DNA of 11,740 nucleotides from an uncultured Thermoprotei archaeon (GTDB lineage Archaea > Thermoproteota > Thermoprotei > Thermofilales > B15-G2): the NCBI GenBank assembly GCA_965367815.1, contig CBDUKN010000032.1, positions 1 through 11,740 of the forward strand. Reading direction: 5' to 3'. How positions within the stretch are numbered: position 1 is the stretch's first letter; every line of letters starts with the position of its first letter. The position numbers were made by a program, and so were the translations under genes. Positions 5,407 through 11,740 of the stretch are shown in pieces. Below the pieces are notes generated by a model. It searched no databases. It saw only the letters and a list, made by a program, of their open reading frames with translations, and was not told the DNA's origin.

Positions 5407-7992
5407 TTATAAAACAGCGAGAAGCTTTGCTCCCTCGAATCCTATGATTTCTTCAGATAGGCCTCTTTTTCTGACTGCATCGAGAAAACCTTCTAGCACA
5501 TATACTCCAATGAAATCTTTCTTCTCTTCAAGTAGCTCAATATGCATTTCTAAGTTTTCTATGAAATCTTCTAATGGAATTAAGCCAAGTAAACATAGCT
5601 GCATTGAAGCAATAGTGTTCAAAATAATATTACTGAGATCCTTAGATTTAATAGAAAAGCTGTGAGCTTTAGCAACTAAGTCTGAACACCACTCTACCAT
5701 AGAATTATCATCAAATATTAAGCCTAGTAGAGTAAATACATATGCTAGAGTAAGCATATGTCCTACTTTCTCATAAAACTCCACTATTCCTACAGTCGAC
5801 TTCAGTGCCGTTCTCGCTTCATCTAAAGCTCTCAAGTAGTCTCCGCCAGCAATATAGATTAGAGCTAAAAGCTCTCTAACCATAGCCTCGCTGTACGGGT
5901 CATTTGCTTTTCTAAATACCTCAATACACTTATTTAAATTAAATCCTCCTATTTTCTCGTGAACAATACTCAAGCATCTTTTTGTATTTTCAGCTAAAAT
6001 AAAGTCTATTAAAGCAATATTTAGCCTTACTCCAGCTGCTCCTCTATTGTCACGCCCTCTCAGAAAATACTCTAGTGCACTACTAAGATGCTTTTTAGCT
6101 TCACTAAGCTCTGCTTTCCTAAAGTGTAGTTCACCTAGAATATTCTCTACAATAGCTAATCTATGGTAATAGTCTTCTGGACCATAAGTGTTGACAATTT
6201 CTTTTTCATATTTTTCTAAAAGACTTTTGAACTCATATAATATTTCTTCAGCTTCACTATATTTTCTTTCATACATATTTATTAAAGCTTTAACTTGAAG
6301 AACTATTAGATAGGCATTAAGCCACTCTAGTTTACTAGAATACGTATTTACATCACTTAATATTTCTTCGGCGACATTAATGTACTCTTTTGCAAGCTTA
6401 GTGTTATTTAATACCATGAAACAGAAATATGCGTCATCAGCAAAGCTTGTTGCACACAGTGCTTTAAGTCTATTTTCATAGTTTTCTTCTCTTTTAGCTC
6501 CTTTATTTAAGAGCTTTATTAGCGTTCCACTATGATATATTATTGCCATGCCGCGTCTCTTAGGCATAGTTAAGAGCCATTCTTTAGGCTCTACAGACTG
6601 TTTTTCGTAGTGTGCTACTGCCGCTTTATGTATTCCTATCTTATAGTCGTCTCCAAGCACTATATTGTAAATAACATCTCTAAGCCACAGAGCATTATGA
6701 TCAAATGCATACACTTCTTCTCCCTTATGAACACCTAGTTTTTCGATTAGTCCCCTTTTCTCGAGCTCACTTAAGTACTCTGCTGCGCGCCCACCTTTCC
6801 ATTCCTTAAATATTTCTTTAAACTCACTTTTAGTAAAACTTAGTAAACAGGATGCCACATAAAGTGCTTCCTCGACGTCTCGGTGAACTGTCTTAATATA
6901 TGCCTTAATTTGCTCATCTAAAGCATAAGGAATAGCTTTAAGTTCATTCAATCCTATTCGATTAACTCCTCTTTCTGCATAAACAGTATTTAGTACTATA
7001 GACATTCTACCCAGAATACCTCGAGTTTTCTCCCACAGCATTCTGAGAGCACTCTTATCTACTTCAAACCCCATAGACCTAGCTATTTTCTCTAGAGTAT
7101 CTAAGTCTTCCTGCGAAACAGGAGGAACCTCTATCAGTAAAGCGTCTCCGCACGTTTCCTGAACAAAAATAGGAAAATTATCAGATTTCTCCACTAAATC
7201 AGGATAGCTATAAATAGCTATAAACGTCAAACCAGAAATATCTCCAGCAATTTTACGCATAATTTTCAATAAAGTCCTCCTATCAATAGCATCCACTTGA
7301 CTTAAATCATCTACTACTACAATAACCCAGTCTAGATCCCTTTTCCTTAAAAGCTTCTCTAGCGTCTTCCTAAAATCTCTTAAAATAACTCTAGCGTACG
7401 TAGGCGGCAACTTAGGAGACATTAAAGCCTTCTTTAAATTACTCCAGTTGTCCTTAAGCCCAAGATACATTTCTTCCGAAAACTCCTCAAATCCCTTAAC
7501 CTTGTCGTAGAGTTCCTCCAGCTTACCAGGAAGCACCCCAGGGAAAACATCCACCATTTCAATAAACTGTTTCAAAAGAGAATGCTTTATTTCACTAACA
7601 TCTTTCTTTATACCCAATTCCTCATAAATATTCAGTATTAACCATCGAAGAGCTTTCTCAAATGTAATAAATGACCTTTTTCTCTCAAAATCCTCTTCTT
7701 CAGGCCTGACTTTAACCGTAGCTGTAACTACTCTGTACTCCGTACTGCTATTTCCTACACTATTTTCTAGATCAGCTAGCACTTTATTCACTAATGTGGT
7801 TTTACCTGACCCATAAGCACCATGGACGATAACAATAGTATCCCTTCTCTGAGCTTCCTCCATAGCTCTCAGAAGACTTTTCTCCAGAAGAGGTCTGGAA
7901 ACATAGTATTTCAGTCTCTCACCACTAAGAGGCGTGCAACAAAATTTAGCAATGCAGGTAAATTCGTTTTCACCTGAAAATTTATTTACCAT
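5407..7992 (-). CDS. STAND-class P-loop ATPase (AAA_16/MalT-like) with winged helix and C-terminal TPR-like repeats
   Basis: 861 aa; YVSR (FVGR-like), Walker A GAYGSGKT, Walker B VIVVVDDL, LWEKTRGILG (GxP position), YLSELEKRGLIE...YAFDHNALWLRDVIY, then helical repeats such as LGELHFRKAELSEAKKHLSSALEYF and LALIYIAGGDYLRALDEARTAL; TTTATTTA at 8021-8014. Confidence 0.85.
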   Translation of the reverse strand: MVNKFSGENEFTCIAKFCCTPLSGERLKYYVSRPLLEKSLLRAMEEAQRRDTIVIVHGAYGSGKTTLVNKVLADLENSVGNSSTEYRVVTATVKVRPEEEDFERKRSFITFEKALRWLILNIYEELGIKKDVSEIKHSLLKQFIEMVDVFPGVLPGKLEELYDKVKGFEEFSEEMYLGLKDNWSNLKKALMSPKLPPTYARVILRDFRKTLEKLLRKRDLDWVIVVVDDLSQVDAIDRRTLLKIMRKIAGDISGLTFIAIYSYPDLVEKSDNFPIFVQETCGDALLIEVPPVSQEDLDTLEKIARSMGFEVDKSALRMLWEKTRGILGRMSIVLNTVYAERGVNRIGLNELKAIPYALDEQIKAYIKTVHRDVEEALYVASCLLSFTKSEFKEIFKEWKGGRAAEYLSELEKRGLIEKLGVHKGEEVYAFDHNALWLRDVIYNIVLGDDYKIGIHKAAVAHYEKQSVEPKEWLLTMPKRRGMAIIYHSGTLIKLLNKGAKREENYENRLKALCATSFADDAYFCFMVLNNTKLAKEYINVAEEILSDVNTYSSKLEWLNAYLIVLQVKALINMYERKYSEAEEILYEFKSLLEKYEKEIVNTYGPEDYYHRLAIVENILGELHFRKAELSEAKKHLSSALEYFLRGRDNRGAAGVRLNIALIDFILAENTKRCLSIVHEKIGGFNLNKCIEVFRKANDPYSEAMVRELLALIYIAGGDYLRALDEARTALKSTVGIVEFYEKVGHMLTLAYVFTLLGLIFDDNSMVEWCSDLVAKAHSFSIKSKDLSNIILNTIASMQLCLLGLIPLEDFIENLEMHIELLEEKKDFIGVYVLEGFLDAVRKRGLSEEIIGFEGAKLLAVL

Positions 7993-8183
7993 TACTAATA
8001 AAACAATAAAAAGTAAATAAATTTTACTCTACTAAAAAATACCAATACATATACCTTAGATAAAGGAGTTTTATCAAGTAAATAAAAATTCCTATTCAGA
8101 ACTCTAAAGTCAAGCTGACCTCCTTGCCCAAATATAGTCTTCAAAATATTTACAACTTAAGTCTCTATAAACGATAGCAACTT

Positions 8184-9197
8184 TTAGCGAAAGTACAGTA
8201 TCACGCCTAAGAAACGTGTTCTATCTCTCCAAAGCTCGCTGTAAACTTTCTCGACTTCATACCATTTAAATCTATGAGTTACTAAATGCGATATATCAAT
8301 TACTTTAAATTTAAGGAGATTAAAAAACAGTTCGGTGTTTCTTCTCCTAGTCCAAGGGAAGTGCAGAGTTTCGACTTCAGGCTGACTAGTGAAGTGAGTT
8401 CCTATTATAATTCTGCTTGGAGCATTTATCTCATCATGGAAATCTAGTGTTGAAGGACCTCTAGGTGAACTCAATATGATTAATTTTCCCAGCTTTCTGA
8501 CTAGTTTAATAGCCTCTGGAATAACACTTGGATTACCAGTAACTTCAAATACAACATCAGCCATCCTACCTTCACTAAGCTCGCGCACTTTTTCGTAAAC
8601 TACTTCCCTACCAGCATTTATTGTAAATACAGCACCTGATTTTTCAGCTAACTTTAACCTAAAATCTGCGAGATCAACAGCTACTACAGGAAAAGCTCCG
8701 CATAGTCTACTAAACATTACAGCCATTTGGCCTAGCAGCCCCAATCCCGCAACAACGACAAAATCTCCTAGTGATACACTAGCTAACCTTACGCTATTCA
8801 TTACGCCTGCCGCAATAGTATGGAATACTGCTTCTTCGTCGCTAACCTCATCTGGAATTTTTATTAATTCTCGCTCTGGTACAATCACGTATTCAGCATG
8901 TCCACCTAAGCTGGCAACTCTATCTCCTACTTCAAATTCTTTTACATGAGAACCCACTTCAACCACTTCACCTACATTACAGTACCCCGGTCTAAACGGA
9001 TACTTCACGTAGTCAGCCCACCGCGAAGCCTCAGGAAACTGCCCAGAATAAGCAGTAAGCTCTGTACCCGTACTTATCAGCGTACAGCGAGTCTTCACTA
9101 GAACTTCATGTGGACCAATATCTCTCAGCTCCTCTTCCTCTATACTAACTTTAAATGGCTCCTTAAACACAATATAGCGTGACTTCATCGATAACAT
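8184..9197 (-). CDS. Medium-chain dehydrogenase/reductase (zinc-binding alcohol dehydrogenase superfamily, BchC-like subgroup)
   Basis: 337 aa; GroES-like N-domain EVLVKTRCTLISTGTE, PGYCNVGEVVEVG...FEVGDRV; Rossmann motif VVVAGLGLLG; ADVVFEVTGNP. Confidence 0.92.
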   Translation of the reverse strand: MLSMKSRYIVFKEPFKVSIEEEELRDIGPHEVLVKTRCTLISTGTELTAYSGQFPEASRWADYVKYPFRPGYCNVGEVVEVGSHVKEFEVGDRVASLGGHAEYVIVPERELIKIPDEVSDEEAVFHTIAAGVMNSVRLASVSLGDFVVVAGLGLLGQMAVMFSRLCGAFPVVAVDLADFRLKLAEKSGAVFTINAGREVVYEKVRELSEGRMADVVFEVTGNPSVIPEAIKLVRKLGKLIILSSPRGPSTLDFHDEINAPSRIIIGTHFTSQPEVETLHFPWTRRRNTELFFNLLKFKVIDISHLVTHRFKWYEVEKVYSELWRDRTRFLGVILYFR

Positions 9198-9200
9198 ATT

Positions 9201-9231
9201 GGGAAACTGAAGTTAAAAACTTAAGTTTCCC
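9201..9231. promoter_or_regulatory. Near-perfect 31-bp palindrome over the MDR gene promoter, in a divergent intergenic region
   Basis: GGGAAACTGAAGTT-AAA-AACTTAAGTTTCCC; 13 of 14 arm positions pair; separated from the ATG at 9197 by only 3 nt. Confidence 0.7.
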
Positions 9232-9366
9232 GGAAGCATTACAATAGCTAAAATAATGAATACTAAACTAAAAGAAAGATAAAACCATTTTCTTCATTTT
9301 AATGAGAATTACACCTACACACTAAATTTATTTACATAAATTAAGCTATTGTCATAAGGGATCGGC

Positions 9367-10317
9367 ATGTCTACATTAAAGCATTTAATTGAAGTAATAG
9401 ATCTTTTAGAAAATCCTAAAGTATGTGGAGAGACTGTCAAACAGTTCTTTGAGAAGAAAAAACTTTTGGATACAATAGAAATACACGTAGAGGAAGTAAG
9501 TGGAACTACAGGACACACAGATTTCATTAAGATAGTTATTTCAGGCAGCAGAGGCAAGCAAAATGGAGGCTCAGCACCTACACTCGGCATTGTAGGCAGA
9601 CTTGGTGGCGTTGGTGCGCGCCCAGTACTAGTAGGCATGGTATCAGACGCTGATGGAGCAATAGTAGCTCTCGCCGCCGCATATAAAATAGCGGAAATGA
9701 AGAAAAGAGGCGATGTACTCGCCGGAGACGTTATTGTAGCGACTCATATATGCCCGAACGCTCCCATTAAGCCGCATAAGCCAGTTCCTATGATGAGTAG
9801 CCCTGTAGACATATTTGAGCTACTTAAAAGAGAAGCAGACCCCCGGATGAACGCTATTTTAAGCATAGATGCTACTAAAGCAAACTGGATTATAAAACAC
9901 ACAGGATTTGCTATTACTCCAACAGTTAAAGAAGGCTGGATACTGAAACCAAGCCCCGACCTCGTAGACATTTATACCAGAGTAACAGGCGAACCCCCAG
10001 TCATAGTACCCATAACGATGCAGGACATACTACCATTCTCTACATCAGTATACCACATAAACAGCATAGTACAGCCCTGGATCTACACTACAGCACCCGT
10101 AGTAGGAGTAGCAACAACTACAAGAGTGCCCGTACCCGGCTCAGCTACAGGCGCAACCAATATATGGGCACTAGAACAAGCAACACGATTCGTTGTCGAA
10201 GTAGCTAAAGACTACACAGCTCATAAAGCAAAATTCTACGATGAAGAAGAATGGAATAAAATAATTGAAGTACATGGAAGCATTCAAGAAATACTGAGAA
10301 AAGGCGCGCCGCCATGA
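9367..10317 (+). CDS. DUF1177 family protein
   Basis: 316 aa; family-typical motifs TDFIKIVISG, PTLGIVGRLGGVGARP, VSDADGA, ATHICPNAP, ILSIDATK, PTVKEGWILK, YHINSIVQP; stop overlaps an aroM-like start (ATGA 10314-10317). Confidence 0.9.
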   Translation: MSTLKHLIEVIDLLENPKVCGETVKQFFEKKKLLDTIEIHVEEVSGTTGHTDFIKIVISGSRGKQNGGSAPTLGIVGRLGGVGARPVLVGMVSDADGAIVALAAAYKIAEMKKRGDVLAGDVIVATHICPNAPIKPHKPVPMMSSPVDIFELLKREADPRMNAILSIDATKANWIIKHTGFAITPTVKEGWILKPSPDLVDIYTRVTGEPPVIVPITMQDILPFSTSVYHINSIVQPWIYTTAPVVGVATTTRVPVPGSATGATNIWALEQATRFVVEVAKDYTAHKAKFYDEEEWNKIIEVHGSIQEILRKGAPP

Positions 10318-10978
10318 AGCTGGCCCTTGTAACAATAGGCCAAACCCCTAGAACAAACATACTAAAAGATATCGCGGATCTCTTGAAAAACATAGACTAC
10401 GCAGAATACGGAGCTTTAGACGGCTTAACTAGAAAACAGATAGAGCAGCAGTATTTTCCTCGAGAAAACGGAGAATTCTACGTCACTAGGCTAGCAGACG
10501 GTACACAAGTCAAATTGTTGAAAAACGTATAACAGATAGACTGAAGAAGCTAGTAAAGGAAGTAGAGAATAAAGCAGATATAATAGTAATAATGTGCACT
10601 AGAGACTTCGAAATAAAAATCAAATAAAATAATAATTATTCCTAGCAAAATAATGACTAAGATCGTTGAGGCACTACCCCCTAAGAAAATAGCCGTATTC
10701 ATCCCAGATAAAAAGCAGACGCAAATGACTCTAAACAAATGGAGCAGTATTGCGGAATATGTCAGCATATATACCCGTGGTCGCCTTACACAGACCCCTT
10801 AGAGACTCTACAGAAATACGCTAAAAAAGCTAGAGAAGTAGACCTCGTAGTAATGGACTGCATAGGCTACACCAAAGAACACAGAAAAAACAGTAAGTAT
10901 TCAGGAAAATCGGTCCTCCTACCAAGAATACTAGCAATAGCCACAGCACTAAGTTTCATTACAAGTACAGAAAAATAA
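10314..10978 (+). pseudogene. aroM: AroM family protein, frameshifted pseudogene
   Basis: N-terminal VTIGQTPR, GALDGL, VTRLADG; middle pieces in alternating frames (RITDRLKKLVKEVENKADIIVIMCTRDF; SNKIIIIPSKIMTKIVEALPPKKIAVFIPDKKQ...KW); C-terminal SPY, DLVVMDCIGYT, VLLPR. Three frameshifts near 10521-10525, 10615-10619 and 10767-10773 join the track ORFs 10314-10532 and 10739-10978. Confidence 0.88.
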
Positions 10979-11087
10979 CACCCTACATAGTAGTGAAGAA
11001 TTCTTAGAAGAAATAAAAAATCAACTAAGCAATAGAACACCGTAAAGTAAACTAAAGGCTATCTAAAATAATTAATCTTAGGAAAAC

Positions 11088-11552
11088 ATGATACAGAAAG
11101 CTGACGCAAAAGATGTTAATGAAATAGTTTCAGTTATAAACGAATCTAACTATCAGGCCTACCGTAGCATAATACCGCCAGAACACTTTAAACACCCAGT
11201 AGTGACCCACAATCAGATTCTAAGGGACATGAAAGAGATGATATTCTACGTATATAAGCTCAAAGACAAAGTAGTAGGCGTAGCGGCACTAAAACCTCTA
11301 CATGAAAAAAGGACAGGCCTAGTTAGATGGGTATACGTACACCCAAAGCACCAGCATAAAGGCATAGGATCAGCTCTAATAAAACATATTGAAGAAGAAG
11401 CCCGTAAACTGAATTTAAAGAAACTACGCTTATTCACTCACGAAAAAGCTGTCTGGGCAATAAACTTCTACAAAAAACACGGATACAGAATAGTCGGCTA
11501 CATACAGAGAACAGCATGGAAAGACATCCTAATGGAAAAAGACATAGCATAA
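11088..11552 (+). CDS. GNAT family N-acetyltransferase
   Basis: 154 aa; acetyl-CoA binding motif A VYVHPKHQHKGIGSALI and motif B AINFYKKHGY. Confidence 0.93.
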   Translation: MIQKADAKDVNEIVSVINESNYQAYRSIIPPEHFKHPVVTHNQILRDMKEMIFYVYKLKDKVVGVAALKPLHEKRTGLVRWVYVHPKHQHKGIGSALIKHIEEEARKLNLKKLRLFTHEKAVWAINFYKKHGYRIVGYIQRTAWKDILMEKDIA

Positions 11553-11670
11553 AGCAGACAGCTCATAATACCCTTTGTATTTTTATAACTCATGAAACCT
11601 ACAATCAATATATCGCATAAATTAAAAGAAAAAGCTGATGAAAACAGATAAAGATATTTCAGCTTAGTTT

Positions 11671-11740
11671 CTGTCTCTTATACACATCTCCGAGCCCACG
11701 AGACCTCTCTACATCTCGTATGCCGTCTTCTGCTTGAAAA
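11671..11740 (+). other. Illumina Nextera adapter contamination (mosaic end + Read 2 + i7 index + P7 + poly-A); not genomic
   Basis: 11671-11689 CTGTCTCTTATACACATCT; 11690-11704 CCGAGCCCACGAGAC; 11705-11712 CTCTCTAC (i7, as I recall N707); 11713-11736 ATCTCGTATGCCGTCTTCTGCTTG; 11737-11740 AAAA. Confidence 0.99.

Noticed and set aside
5444-5665. 73-aa plus-strand ORF
   Set aside because: Ser-rich antisense shadow of the STAND-TPR gene.
9315-10393. Minus-strand ORFs 9315-9638, 9744-9971 and 10205-10393
   Set aside because: Antisense shadows of the well-supported DUF1177 and aroM genes, with no motifs.
10550-10768. 72-aa hydrophobic minus-strand ORF resembling a membrane protein
   Set aside because: Antisense of the A-rich middle of the aroM pseudogene; hydrophobicity follows from T-rich codons.
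10739-10978. 79-aa ORF starting MEQYCGICQH, an apparent CxxC protein
   Set aside because: The first ten codons are out-of-frame aroM sequence before the third frameshift; the remainder is the AroM C-terminus.
11246-11437. 63-aa minus-strand ORF
   Set aside because: Antisense shadow of the GNAT gene.
11592-11670. MKPTINISHKLKEK..., faintly like an antitoxin N-terminus
   Set aside because: Stops after 19 codons and is cut by the adapter; too little to support.
70-11670. CRISPR array, tRNA/rRNA, integrase or transposase
   Set aside because: No regularly spaced direct repeats, no GC-rich structured RNA-like island and no recombinase motifs seen.
51-11689. Perfect 19-bp terminal inverted repeats (51-69 and 11671-11689) suggesting an 11.6-kb transposon or linear element
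   Set aside because: They are the synthetic Tn5 mosaic ends, embedded in P5/P7 and index sequence and oriented so the enclosed DNA is the target, not the cargo; no transposase is encoded.

Overview
An AT-rich archaeal contig of about 11.6 kb, probably from a TACK/Thermoprotei-like lineage (inferred from TATA boxes 26-33 nt before start codons, AGA/ATA codon use and gene content). Both ends are untrimmed Illumina Nextera adapter: 1-69 is P5/i5/Read1/mosaic end and 11671-11740 is mosaic end/Read2/i7/P7/poly-A, so the genomic part is 70-11670. It reads as an accessory region: a VapBC toxin-antitoxin pair, a small hypothetical protein, a GHL10-like glycoside hydrolase, an unusual small Cys/His-headed protein with an aromatic/Pro-rich tail, an AAA_14-DUF4143 ATPase, an unannotated collapsed pseudogene (M1 peptidase-like start joined to a TPR-like end), an 861-aa STAND-type ATPase-TPR protein with no visible effector, an MDR dehydrogenase, a DUF1177 gene followed by a triply frameshifted aroM-family pseudogene, and a GNAT acetyltransferase. 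Several promoters carry palindromes on or beside the TATA box. I see no RNA genes, CRISPR array or natural mobile element. The sequence alone does not prove a new multi-gene system; the best leads are the Cys/His + aromatic-Pro protein and the effector-less STAND-TPR protein. All family calls are motif recognition by eye, not database searches.
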